This document shows, piece after piece, positions 28,612-42,442 of a stretch of 64,000 nucleotides of DNA. This DNA comes from Eledone cirrhosa. Lineage: Eukaryota. A program made the position numbers and the translations under genes. The notes beneath the pieces are model-generated. The model worked only from the letters and a program-made list of their open reading frames with translations, was not told where the DNA came from and did no database searches. The stretch spans positions 313,968,001-314,032,000 of the forward strand of contig OZ024742.1 of assembly GCA_964016885.1 (NCBI GenBank), read 5' to 3'. The stretch's first letter is position 1. Every line of letters starts with the position of its first letter.

Positions 28612-29034
28612 TACAATATTAAATAAATGGAAACTATATTTATAAAACCATATTTATTTCATTATATATATTTCGGGGATATCATATTAACAATATGCTA
28701 TGCCTTCCTCAGACAAAATACAATATAAACAGTTTTATAGATAAATAGATTCGACATACCGTAACAACACCGACTTGCATTTGAAGAGGTTGGATTGGCA
28801 ATCCAACCTCTATTTATCTATAAAACTGTTTATATTGTATTTTGTCTGAGGAAGGCATAGCATATTGTTAATATGATATCCCCGAAATATATATAATGAA
28901 ATAAATATGGTTTTATAAATATAGTTTCCATTTATTTAATATTGTAAATATACTCCAAATATTTGTCGAGTGCTTTTATATCAGTTATAAATATTTACTA
29001 GTTGTAACCCAACAATTTTAAATATAACTTTCCA
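28612..29034. mobile_element. Fold-back mini-element, family A; HHRs 28838-28903 (+) and 28655-28720 (-)
   Basis: arms 28612-28797 and 28799-28946, right arm lacking 28750-28787; CTGAGGA...GAAA-TATATA-TA. Confidence 0.85.
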
Positions 29035-29123
29035 TATATATATATATATATATATGTATATAGGGAGAGACCGAGAGAAAGAGAGAGAAAGGGAGAGAGA
29101 GAGGGAGATAGATAGAGAGAGAG

Positions 29124-29201
<78 letters not shown>

Positions 29202-29621
29202 GAATAACCTTTCCTTATGTTTGTCTACTCCAATCTAAAAGTCTTAACTATAAAACTCGGAAGTGAAAAATTCTTTATATTTACTTGTAGAGAATTGTTC
29301 ACAGAGCATTGCATAAAACCAGTATTCAAATATGAAAGAAGCTGACTGTTTTAAGAAATATTTGATGCGAAACGACTTGAAATGAATTAATATATTGTGA
29401 TTCAATGAAAACATATGTACTGTATTCCGTGTTGCGTATGTGCACATCCTTCCGTGCGTATGTTTTCGAGTGTGCGTGTTTATGCATGTATATGTACATA
29501 ACAGTAAGCAAAGAGCTAATAAAAGACAGAGAAGGAGTTGAGATAAGCCCGAGAGACTGCTTTAGATATCTCTGTGTTATTAAAATCAGAGAGTGTGTTT
29601 GTATACAGGATGTATTAATGT

Positions 29622-29691
<70 letters not shown>

Positions 29692-30129
29692 AAGAGTGAA
29701 GAATAACATAGTCGGCTGTACAAGAAGGGTTTTATTTACAATATTAAATAAAACGATTACAATTGTTTCATTGATCAGGTGAGTCTAAAGGCGGCTGATC
29801 ACTCGAAATTGCGTCACTGACCTTAAATACAGTGTGCGTCTCTGATCAATACACCAAACAACGCCTTACGTTAAAACTATCCATAGTACAGAGTACACAC
29901 AACCTCTAAACGATAACTTGTTATCCCATATATATATATATATATGTATGTATGTATGTATATATATATATATGTATAGTTAAAGAAATGATAACACAAA
30001 TAGAGGGATGCAAAGACACAAAGACATAAAGTCTTGTTAGTGTCACGCTTAGGAGGAAGTAGAGATTAGTGGTGCGCTTCGGACGTAGATCCTTCTTCAG
30101 GAAATGGAGAGTATGGAGAGAGAGAGAGA

Positions 30130-30195
<66 letters not shown>

Positions 30196-30669
30196 GAGAT
30201 TGGAACATCGGAGTTTGGAAAAAAGGTTTTAAGAAGATTGGGGGTGGTAGGCTAGTGATCCGGATTAGGGAGTAGAGAGCGAGATGGAGAGTCCAGGTGC
30301 GCCATAGGTGTGGTTATCTGTGTGCCGATGAAGTAGATTGCGTATGTGCGCATTATTGCTTCTGTGTGTGTGCGTCCTTTATATTGTTAGTGTGTTTACG
30401 TTTCTGCGTGTGTATGAATTCTTATATATATATATGTGTGTGTGTGTACACACACACACACACACACACATACACACACACATATATATATATATATATA
30501 AATAAACCCATACAAACACAGAAACATAGCCACCGCATCTGCTATTAACTAAATGTGTGCACTCTGAACGGCTGATTACAGCTGCATTACTGTAATTCGG
30601 CAGATTCATTGAGTGAGCTAGACGCTGGCCGGAGTACGTTGAATTAATACCACCGATCTTCGTTACTTT

Positions 30670-30704
<35 letters not shown>

Positions 30705-30857
30705 CTCACTAGAGATGTAAAACATGAAACATTACTTATTCTCATGTCTCAATAAGAACGAAAGTCGCCTCCAAATCTAGTCTATTGTATGAAAATAGAA
30801 CGGAAAAGTGTAGGTCACGTAGGATTTGAGTTGTTTATTGAATCAACTTAATCAACC

Positions 30858-31160
30858 TTTAAAGATTGCTACCCAAATGTCAAAGTTTACTGTGAGAAGA
30901 ATTTCGAGCCAAAGGTATTGCTTTTGGATAATGCTCTTGATCATCATTTAAATCTCAATTTGCTGTAAACGTTGTGCTAGTTTTCATTACACCAATGATT
31001 TCCGTTTTCAAGTTGATTACAGCGACTAACGATAAATATGAATTCGTCAAAGTATTCTTTGAAATTTACATTATGCAAGTAATAAATATTTTTAAAGATG
31101 CCTAATTGGATTTGGACAAAAGCATTTCCAAATTTAGCCAAAGAAGACTGTAGAATAGAA
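30858..31160 (+). pseudogene. Tigger/pogo DDE transposase remnant
   Basis: translation FKDCYPNVKVYCEKNFEPKVLLLDNALDH and FVKVFFEIYIMQVINIFKDA* resemble Tigger KVLLLLDNAPGH and IKDAW regions; stops present. Confidence 0.5.
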
Positions 31161-31821
31161 TATAAAGCGGGTTGCCTCAGAAATTGTCACAGAAATGGAA
31201 TTTAAAGATACTATGCCAATGACTGGATTCTGAATTATATCTAGTTCAGATTGTGAAAAAGGTCTTAACAGCAGATGTCTTACCTAAGGGTTACAGTGAT
31301 ATATCTCTTGCTTTATCGCGATGTTTAGGAAACGATTCAAAATTTAAACGAAGCTTGGTATTTAAAATATCTGTCATGGTAGTGTTGAATTGTTACAAGG
31401 AAAAACTAGCAAACGCATTTTGTTTTATATAAAAAGAAAAATCTAACAGAAATATTAATACCGTATCTTTATTTTTCATCGTTTCGTATAATTTGCATAT
31501 GACATTAACTAAAGAAAGTATGTATATATCCTCTATTGAATTGCATATAATTTTCTTCGAAGGATATTTTTTGTATATCTCGAGGAGAGGTAGGCTTACT
31601 CCATCTTAAATGAATGTATATTCCGTTCAATAATAAAAAGCAACAACATATATGTATAAAACGTATTTAATATCCTGTGATAATGAAGTTTCAGATAGGG
31701 ATGTGATATATATATTCTTTATTAAGTTACCAGTCTTATAGAATAAACCTACTTTCGATATACTTGGAATCGAGTCATACAGATATAGATAATTATCATA
31801 TGAGGGGAAATATATGGCGAA

Positions 31822-31890
<69 letters not shown>

Positions 31891-34885
31891 ATTAGAAAAG
31901 CGGGATAAATAAGTAGAATAAAGAAACTGAAAAGTGAGAACTGAAACAGGCAAAAAATATGAAGAAATATATTTCTAATATCCAGCAATACTTGGAAATA
32001 TGGAACACCTTTTCAAGTATCCTAGAAAATCGAATGTAATTATTCCTCTTCAAAGAAGTACAGCTATATTACATGTCAATTTCCAAGAATCCTTTGCATT
32101 GAGTGTTCGTTCTGTATGTATCAAAAATCTGAACAGAAAACCGGGGGGAAAAATAATTGAAGGAATTTAACATGTTAGGTTTTACAATTAAATGTTTTCA
32201 GGGAATAAACCTAAACAACTTAGATATTTATCTGTCATTAACATTTGCACTTTTGCTGAAATTGAAGAAAAACAAAAGAAAAGAATAAATATATTAATGA
32301 CATTAAATATATATGATGGAGTTTAAAAAAGAAGTTAAGAATATTGAAATAGAAATTTGAAAATGTTGGCTAGGTGCCTCGAATAAGAAAAGAGAACGAT
32401 AATGAAATAAAGCAATAATCTTGGCCCAGTTTTGCTTAATTACATTTTAATATCCCTATGGTAATATCAATAAACCAGTAATTAGTTGAAATGTTGGAAT
32501 TTATTCGTGCATGTGTTGAATATAGATAGAGTTTATATAAGAATTTAAAGTAAAATAAAAATGGACATGTTTTAAACAAGAGAAATAATGATTAAATTCG
32601 CTTTCATCTGTTTATAAATTATAAGTGAAACATCTGTAATGGTGATAAAGTTTCTTTCGCTTTTCAGTGTTAATATGTTACGAGTTAAATTAGCTTTATG
32701 CTGAAAACAATATTCGTATATTAATTTCGATAAATATAACCTGAGGTTTTGTAATAAATTTGGGGATTTTCTTATTGGCTTACCAAGCAAGTAACCAAAC
32801 TGACAGTTTTTTTCTGGAAGTTATAGAGAAATCTATATGGTTAGACGAGACATACTCTGAAAAAGGATAGATTAACAATATTCAACTTAAATTAAACACT
32901 CCTTATCTTGGGAATTGGCAGAGTCGTTAAGAAGTCGGATAGAATGATTTACGGTCTTCGTCCCACCTCATTGTGTACTCTGAGTTCAAATCCAACCGTG
33001 GTTAACTTTACCTTTCATCCTTTCGAGGTCGATAAAAAAGTACCAGTCCAGTACTGGGGTCGATTCTTCCTCTATAGAAAAACTCGACTGTGTTCAGACC
33101 TGGAGAGGTTTGGGCTTCCCCAGGTTTAAAAGTGCCCTAGACACGCGGTATGACGGTGCCTCTACGACTCCACAAGGAGTTATCTGATCTTTATCCTATC
33201 CCTATCTTGGGAGTATTTTCAATTTGGCCAGCTAAAAAGCTCTTAGATAAATATATTTGTGTAATTTTGAAATATATTCTTTTTGTCATTTCCTCCATTT
33301 ATATTGATATATATATATATATATGATATGTATCGTGATACTGAACTGAAGCGTATTTAATCATTTTTCCGTTATTTATATTCTTTAATTCAATAATAAA
33401 ATAATATTTATTTCATTAAAAACTGGTTTTGAGAAACATTTAGCTTCATATGTTGGAGTGGAATAGAGAAAGAAATGCGAATGTTGTTAAAGTAAGTTGA
33501 TTTATCATTATACACCTTAGTTTGGTACTACAGTCAACCACATTAAAGATATATCTACAATATGTTTATTTTCTTTATAAACATATAGCGTGTACGTTGT
33601 AATTTAACCTTTACATGTATGTTCAAGAATTCCTGTAGCAATTACATCTTTGACTATACCTCCTATATCAGTGCATGGTGATTTTTCAACGCTTCTAGCA
33701 AAAGGAGCAACAGAAAACTAACAGCATTCCTGTTAGATACTATTCCAAAACCTACATAATGGAGTTTCAAAAATGTTTACATTACTTATATTGACCTACA
33801 CACCTATCAGTGCAAATGGAGTTTCAAAACACAACTATCATATCTGCTGATACTGAGTGTATAAGATATTAGCTCATGGCTTAAGAGTTTATATTTCTTT
33901 GAAGACGTTGTTTCTCTGTTCCTATGAATATTCTTTATTGTTTCAGTTGATAAGAAAGAAAGGAAATAGCAATCCAGAAAACAAACAAACCTCACATAAA
34001 GAAAACCAGAGATATTTGTATCTCACAAGCGGAACATCACAGAAACAGGAATAAAGTATAAGTGGTATAACCACGTGTAGTATATGAAAGAGTAATTTTA
34101 AAAACAAATATTATATACAGGGTGCAGCAGGTAAGTCTCCCATATTTTACACGGTCAATCCTTAAAATGTGGGAGGTATTTTTACCACACCATGCGTTAC
34201 ATAGTGACTTGGTTATCCAAAAGGTTTAGATGAAATTGTTTATTTAAGAGTTAACCCAAACGAAATGTCAAGGAAATGAATAGGGACCCGATATATTAGT
34301 GTGAAATCGAAAAAGATACACTTTCCTGCGAAATATATCAACAATTTATAAAAATAGAAATGACACGAAAATGTTTATTTGGAAATTTACAACAATCCTC
34401 ATAATTTTCCTTCAAGCAATTTCACGCCCCTACTGGTGTAGAAGCACGCATTAACAACAGCGATAAAAGCACACATTTCATTGAGAGAACCACAAGATAA
34501 CACATAATCAAATAAATAAAAAACAAAAACATAGTGAAATAGTAAAAGTAACTCAATTTGAATCATCATTACAACATATCTCACTCCCTGACTCAATACG
34601 CCACTTACACTGCAACAACCAGAATCAGAAACAACCATCCTGCCCTTAATATCATTAAACTAGATGTAAAATATCTTTACTGGAACAGTAGTAAATATGA
34701 TGTGAGGAATTCCAGTATTTGTAAATAAACAGAAGGCGTTAATTGCATGGGTCTCGTAACAGAGAACCACATTATTTTACCTTTTGATCTTAGGAAATAT
34801 TTACTTCATCTTGTATCATAGTAGGTATTAGGAATTTTAGATGTTCACACATACACCCACAAGCTCACATTTACACATACACGTT

Positions 34886-34950
<65 letters not shown>

Positions 34951-34969
34951 CTGTGTCTGTAACACACAG

Positions 34970-35009
<40 letters not shown>

Positions 35010-35211
35010 CAAAATGTTAACAAATGAAAAATATTCTCATAATCAAAATATATACTTTATTAAAATCTTTGGTTATATATATATATATATATATATATGC
35101 GTAGATACACATAGTTGCACACATACTTATACATACATGTGTGTAGAGATACATAAACATTTTATGCATATACATACGTATGTATAATACGAAATCACAC
35201 ATAAGTAACTG

Positions 35212-35257
<46 letters not shown>

Positions 35258-35552
35258 TGCAATGTATACACACACATATATATATATATATGGAGATAAA
35301 TAACACAGACACAGGATTACACTAACTCAAAGTCGTATTAGTTTCACACTCGTTGGAAAAGGAAATGGAATGTTTCAATGTATCAGTCTTTAGTCATTTA
35401 ATAGAAATGAGCAACGTTCGGAGAAAGAGGATGTTGGAAAGTTAAGGAGAAAGGAAAACAGTTTTGTCAATGCTGGTGAGGTGGGCAGGCAAGGAGTTTG
35501 GTTTCGGGGGTGGATACCGAACCGGAGAGTCCGGGTCTATTACTGGTACTGT

Positions 35553-35588
<36 letters not shown>

Positions 35589-36043
35589 ATTTTGCATTTT
35601 CGCAATATTATACACAACTGAATTCATTCGCCTAATATAGGTGTTGCCTCCCTTGCTGAAACCCACGTGGGGTCAGTTACAGACACATTTATGTGGACTT
35701 TCGAACTGAATCCCGTTGACAACGCGTACTCCCAGTTCAGTCATGATACCAGAAACCTAACATCCTTTATGTAAGTGGACAGTAAATGACTTATGGAGCC
35801 GCAGAAACCCAAATACTGGACTTTACCATCTTTCCAGGGGTCCGGGTAAGCTTTCAACCATTTATATTTTTATATATTTTTATATCTGTATATCTGTTTG
35901 ACCCGAAATAGGCGAGCGAATTTTCGCTCTGTGGATGATTAGTTTAACCACCAGCCCAGTGTGTTTGTGTGTGTGTGTATGTGCGTGTGTGTGTGTGCGT
36001 GTATGTGTGTGTATGAAGATGTGTGTGTTTGTGTGTGTGTGTA

Positions 36044-36085
<42 letters not shown>

Positions 36086-36268
36086 TGTATGTGTGTGTGT
36101 GTGTATGTGTGTGTGCGCCCTATTATGTAAGGCGATCATTATAATGAACTTTAACCTAACGTAAGTTGTAAGCTCTAATTCATATGAATTATCGAGCGCT
36201 TGCCACACAACTCGGAAGTGATTCTCGTTAATTCCTGAGCTGAAATTCGATTCTCGCTAATTTTTACT

Positions 36269-36302
<34 letters not shown>

Positions 36303-36778
36303 TCGTATCTGAATTTGTTTAGCAAGATTCTTTATCTGAAAACGTGCGTTGAAACCGAAATTGTTATACTTTGGGAGGGTCATGTTGCCAATAAGAAACA
36401 CACGCACCAGTTGCTTTCACTTCAATTTATTATAATAAATTTATAAATTTAGGAATTTATAAATTTCCGGTTGGTTGGTTCCACAACCAGATGGTTGTTT
36501 ATATATTGTCAAAGTTCTTTCGTCACACATTCTGTGACCTCTTCAGTGACTAGGGATTCTTTTCTTTGTTTTTGTGCCTCTCCTTTGTTCTGTCCTACGC
36601 CATTTTGTTTCTGTGTGTGTGTTGTGTGCTCAGTCTGCGCATGCGCAAAATCCGGATGTCTGTGTGTGTTTATATTCGTTTATTTATTTGTTTATTTACA
36701 TATTACAGGTTGGTTGTTTGTTCTATGTGCGTGTGTGTTTTCATTTTGTCCTTAATTGTAAGTTGTGATGTTGCTGTT

Positions 36779-37130
36779 TCACTCATGTTTTCTATTTAAT
36801 TTTGGTTGTAATTCTTTTATGTTTATTGCCTCTGAGATTTGTCTAAACATTGCATCTTTTCTGTGTGTAGATTCTATTTTTATTTCTATGTTCTCTAATT
36901 TATCCTTATGTTCTATTTTAGCCTGTTGGTAGAATACAGATGATTCTTTACTATCTTGAAGGTCTCGCCAGTGTTCATTTATCTGTTCCCCTACACTACG
37001 AGCTGTCTCACTTATGTACACTATAGTTTTGTCTCTACATTGTCCTTCAGTACATCTTATGCTATATACTACATTTCTAGTTTTACAGTTAATATGGGGG
37101 CTTAATTTACAGGTTATACATTTCTTATGT
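36779..37130 (-). pseudogene. PLE C-terminal GIY-YIG endonuclease fragment
   Basis: CITC..CKTRNVVYSIRC..C..VYISETAR..EH..H..RQISEAINI..P.LNRK; residues upstream of 37130 in the listed ORF come from the inverted arm. Confidence 0.85.
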
Positions 37131-37227
37131 GGCGCATGCGCAGACTGAGCACACAACACACACACAGAAACAAAATGGCGTAGGATAGAACAAAGGAGAG
37201 GCACAAAAACAAAGAAAAGAATCCCCA

Positions 37228-37270
37228 GTCACTGAAGAGGTCACAGAATGTGTGACGAAAGTACTTTGAT
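37228..37270 (+). ncRNA. Minimal type I hammerhead
   Basis: gtca-CTGAAGA-ggtcacagaatgtgtgac-GAAA-GTAC-TT-tgat; helix III AGTACT palindromic. Confidence 0.8.
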
Positions 37271-37439
37271 AATATATAAACAACCATCTGGTTGTGGAAC
37301 CAACCAACCGGAAATTTATAAATTCCTAAATTTATAAATTTATAATAAATTGAAGTGAAAGTAACTGGTGCGTGTGTTTCTTATTGGCAACATGACCCTC
37401 CCAAAGTATAACAATATATATATATATATATATATATAA

Positions 37440-37776
37440 GAAAATGATTTTTTTTTCAAAATAAAAAAAAAACGAGATGTCCTACACGAGTGAAAGTATA
37501 AGAAAAAAAGATGAAATCGAAAATGCAACTGGAGTCTTTTTAAGAATATTTATTTGTTTGTTTACCGGTTTCACAGTTCTTATGCTTTTCAAAAGTAGAA
37601 TTGAGATGGGGGGTGGGGGGGGGGGGGGGGGGGATTCTCGCACCAGATGCGAGAAAAACCACAAACCCTCCATCTCAATTCTACTTTTGAATAGCAGAAG
37701 AACTGTGAAACCGGTAAAGGAAACAAATAAATATTCTTAAAAAGACTCCAGTTGCATTTTCGATTTCATCTTTTTT

Positions 37777-37780
<4 letters not shown>
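37440..37780. mobile_element. Fold-back mini-element with U3-A8 variant HHR (37560-37595 minus, 37684-37719 plus)
   Basis: arms ~37500-37612 and ~37666-37780; consensus of both arms ctt-TTGAAAA-gcagaagaactgt-GAAA-CCGG-TA-aag. Confidence 0.75.
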
Positions 37781-37849
<69 letters not shown>

Positions 37850-38516
37850 TGAACAACGGATCTGCCTCTTCATAAAATTGACGTGCAAGCTCCTGAGCAT
37901 TCCACGTTTTTTCACTTACTATCCTCGTCATGTGTGCTTAGATCTTGAATTATATATTTGCTTTACCATGTATGTATATGTATGTATATGTATATATATA
38001 TATATATTTAAAAGTTAAACAAGGTTCAATGAATACATCAAAGAATGAGTTTTACAATAGATTGGAAGCACTCAACTGAAAAGGTTTTCCAGAGTTATTA
38101 ATATTAATTCAAAATATTAACAAAATAGATATTCTTGTGATCAATTATATTTTATTATACATATTTCAGAGGTACTGAGTTAAGTTCAACAGTACGTCCT
38201 CATCAGATAAAATAAGGTGATGCATGACATACCCTGACATAGTAGATGGTTAAGATTCAGTCATAGTAGTGATTAACATATGACAAAACTCAATATTTAT
38301 ACTCTAATATTGAGAACATGAGATAACACAAACAATAGAGTGGGTGCGTGTAATACAGCTTAAAAAAAATACATGGCATCAATATAACAGTTAAACAGTT
38401 TTTTTTTTTTTTTAAACTACTGAAGAAAGAGGAAGGAAAGGAAAGCATAGAGGAAGAAACAGCTGATGTGATAATATATTTAGTAGGTGGCTCGAAAAAA
38501 CAAATGAAAGATGATT

Positions 38517-38569
<53 letters not shown>

Positions 38570-39952
38570 AAGGGGAGTAATTTATGTTCAAGTTTATATA
38601 CAATTTTCCATATATGCAACATATATCCAAATTAATATAGTTGGCCGTTAATATTCAAAATATTTAATTTAAGTTATTTCAGAGTAATGAATAATATTTT
38701 AGGTTTTAAAAGTTAATAGGTATTTGTATTAATATTATAATTATGTTTAATTTCTAAAATTCCAATTTTATGAAAACAAATTTAAAGGATTTACGAAACA
38801 CGAGAAAGAAAATATATAATGCTTTTATACCCTCACGAAGGTACTCTTTACCAAAATTATTTATAATATTGACAACAGTTTATATAATATAATTTATAAA
38901 ATAATTATAGTTATAATTATTAAAGAATTTATTGTTAAATAGTTTGAGTGCCTAAAGGATCAACCGGCCTTATAACTAAACTTAAAGAAGTCTGAATTTT
39001 TAATTATATATATGTGTTGATCAAAAAATATATATAAGGATTATAGATTATTATTTGTTTATAATTGAGGTGATAGCTTTCAAATATATATAACATAATA
39101 CAATAATACAATATAGTAAATAAGTTACTGAAAATATTGTTAAAAAATATATATATAGTTAAAAAATATTGTTAAAAAATATTGTTAAAAAATATTGTTA
39201 AAAAATTAATGTTTTATATCAATTATTTTCATTTAGTTGATATATACTATAAACATATAAGTCAAAACTACATGAGTCCTAATGATAGGGGCTAGATACA
39301 AAATAAATATACAAATAAAAGATAATGAATTGTTTGCGAAACTTAAGGATGCCCAATATTAAAAATATATTATAAATGTAATAGGGTTTTAATATAGTAG
39401 ACAAAAGATACATCTAAAATATTTTAGCGAATGTGATAGAAAGAGGAGCTAAATATTTGAGAAAGCCAAAGGTAATCTAAATTTAATTAAAATAAAATAA
39501 GTTAAATTAAATTATATTATATTAAGTAAAAACATTATATAATTTCGAATTTCCAGGGAATATCAAACACTTATAACAATATAGAGTCATTTGATTGTCT
39601 AAATTATTTATAAATGTAACTACGAGTATGTTATTACACTAGATAAAGATATTTGTACAACTATATAGAGATTATTATAGGTATTAATGAAACGGTATAC
39701 ATTTAATAAATAAATAATTATAATCATTATTAGTAATGCTATAATTGTAGTTTTACCTCCAGTTCAGTGGAGAGAGAGAGAGACCAATATTTGGCGACTA
39801 TTATGGTTTGTTATATTTATACCTAGATATATATAAAAAAATAAATAAATGCAAATCTAACTTTCTGAGTCCCCCAAAACATACTCAAAATGAGTAAAAT
39901 ATGTAAAATATGCAAACGCATGAATGATCCACAGTTCAATTATATATATATA

Positions 39953-41050
39953 CTAGCATTAAAGCCCGGCGTTGCTCGGGGTCAGTAAGTTACCAAAGTT
40001 AGGTTGCACCACCCATTTTATGGCAGCACTTTTTTGTCTGCCAGGCACTGGGTGAATGAATTACAGACCTGGACTGCCGAAGCAGGAGCTGCGCCAGCAG
40101 TGACAATTGTAGTTTCGCCTATGGATATTATCTCTGTGCAAAGAAGTGTTGACATTTATTGTTTCACAGTACTTGTGCAACACGCGCGTAGACGATGCCA
40201 GCCGAACAACAGAGCTGCGATTGAGTTGTTCTGCATGGTTGTCTAATGTGTGTTTTCTAAATTTAAGACAGTAAGGAGGGGTGTGATATGGGGGAGAGTT
40301 AGCTGTTGTTTCTAGCAGGTTTAGTGACCTCATAGAGGATATGTGTTTTCTAAATTTAAGACAGAAGGGAGTGGTGTGATATGGGGGAGAGTTAGCTGCT
40401 GCTTCTAGCAGGTTTAGTGACCTCATAGAGGATATGTTTTCTAAATTTAAGACAGTAGGGAGGGGTGTGATATGGGGGAGAGTTAGCTGCTGTTTCTAGC
40501 AGGTTTAGTGACCTCATAGAGGATGTGTTTTCTAAATTTAAGACAGTAGGGAGTGGTGTGATATGGGGGATAGTTAGCTGCTGTTTCTAGCAGGTTTAGT
40601 GACCTCATAGAGGATATGTTTTCTAAATTTAAGACAGTAGGGAGGGGTGTGATATGGGGGATAGTTAAGTTCTCTTTGTCATTGAAGTAAATAAATGTTT
40701 GACCGTTCCACACTCAAAAACAAACGTTCTCTCTCCTTCTCACTCTCTTCTCTCTCTCTCTTCGGCGTTCCTAAAGGAAGTTTGTAAGCATGTATGTAGT
40801 TTTATCGAATTTGAAGGGGAGTAGAGAGAGGTAAGCAGATTCTATTAGAGGGGTAAAGCGTCATGTATTTAGTTTTATTGATTATTTCCACAATTGTGGG
40901 TGAGTTTGAATGGAATAAATAGTCGTTGACCTAAGTTAGACCATTTACAACATTCTCACAGACTTTGAGTCGAATCGGTTTGAAATTGTGCAAATGTATA
41001 AACATGGAACATGTGCACATACACAACAACAACAATCTGCCTTTTATAAA
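39953..41050 (-). mobile_element. Non-autonomous Helitron-like element
   Basis: minus 3' end CCCGAGCAACGCCGGG hairpin followed by CTAG; 5' TATAAAA plus microsatellite; same termini as 55610-55956 and 57383-58282. Confidence 0.65.
40247..40667. repeat. 91-93 bp minisatellite, ~4.5 copies, inside the Helitron-like element
   Basis: tgttttctaaatttaagacag recurs at 40251, 40344, 40435, 40526, 40617. Confidence 0.9.
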
Positions 41051-41672
41051 TAATTGTTTCTACATTTGGCACAGGGCCAGCAATTACCCCAGTGCATTAC
41101 TGGTACTTTATTTTATCGACCCCGTAAGGATGAAAGGCAGAATGATATATATATGGTTTTGTCTTTGCGTGCAATTGTTCTCCCCGCTCCACATATGACG
41201 TATATTCTTCGTGTTTTCCGTTCATTGCCAGAGAACGTCTCTATGAACCACCTAATAGAATATTAGTCTACGACTTCTTTTATACCATAAACGTGGTTTT
41301 GTTTTTGCGTGTAATTGTTTTTCTTCGCTCCAAATAATTGTTTCTACTTTTGGCACAAGGCCAGCAAATACCCAGTGTATTACTGGTACTTTATTTTATC
41401 AACCCCATAAGGATGAAAGGCAAAGTTAACCTCGGCGGGATTTGAACTCATCGGCGGGATTCTCCGCTCCAAATAATGACGTAGTATATTCGTTTTTTCC
41501 CGTTCTTTGTCAGGGAACGTTTCCACGAACCAAAGTATCGTCTTCCTGTCTTCCTCCGGTTGCAACGTTTTTTGAAATATACACTTCTGCGTTCACAGAT
41601 TGACTTTGTTAGTTTCAGAAGATCCCGTTAAGGGTGAAAGCAGCGATTCTTTGCTTAAACTTTAATCTGTTA

Positions 41673-41716
<44 letters not shown>

Positions 41717-41721
<5 letters not shown>

Positions 41722-42442
41722 TATGAAGAGAGAAGAAACATTTAGATATAATTAGTAATAAAATGTATCATACCTAAACTGCTCCTAAGCGGATGCATTC
41801 ATGTATATATGTGTGTGTGTCCGCATGTATCTGTGTGTTTCTAATTATATTGTTAATAACTCCCTCTGGTCGAGCAATCTTTGAAGTGTGGGGACAGCTG
41901 GAAGGCTTCCATTACTCATACTTCTCGCCTTCTTCACCACCTCTTCTACCGCCTCGATATAAATACCCCCTCCGCCTCCGTGGTATTTTCTTCGGGGTTA
42001 TAAGAGGCTTAGCTCTGTTTCTCGACCGTTATATCTCGTGACTATCTCCCCCTCCGCCTTTTGGGATTCTTTCTCACGTCGTGTAGACGCGTTCTTGAGA
42101 CTAGTAAAATGAGGTATCCTCTTGATAAGTCGGCAGACCTCGCAAGGACTCTATATCTTTATGATATATTGTTTTTGTTTATGCCACGAAACTACGTAGT
42201 CGAGGAATTTAGGAGCAGTTTAGGTATGATACATTTTATTACTAATTATATCTAAATGTTTCTTCTCTCTTCATAATGTATTTTTAACTCTGATACTGGT
42301 TCAGTCTAGTTCAACTGAATTGGTCTGTCCCAGTCATTCATTGAGCAACATCGGTGAAGTTGGCACCCTTAACTCACAGTTGGGTGCGGATGCATTCATG
42401 TATATATGTGTGTGTGTCCGCATGTATCTGTGTGTTTCTAAT

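Larger units (their letters stand above)
36301..37415 (-). mobile_element. 5'-truncated Penelope-like element with inverted 3' copy
   Basis: GIY-YIG reading frame between inverted arms 36360-36646 and 37132-37415; HHRs 36508-36550 (-) and 37228-37270 (+); (TA)n flanks. Confidence 0.85.

Noticed and set aside
33935-34060. Possible host exon after ttattgtttcag
   Set aside because: No convincing donor, conserved peptide or neighbouring exons
38198-38210. CTGATGAG on the minus strand
   Set aside because: No downstream GAAA or helix III
40247-40667. CRISPR-like array
   Set aside because: Whole 91-93 bp units repeat with no unique spacers, no cas genes, eukaryotic context
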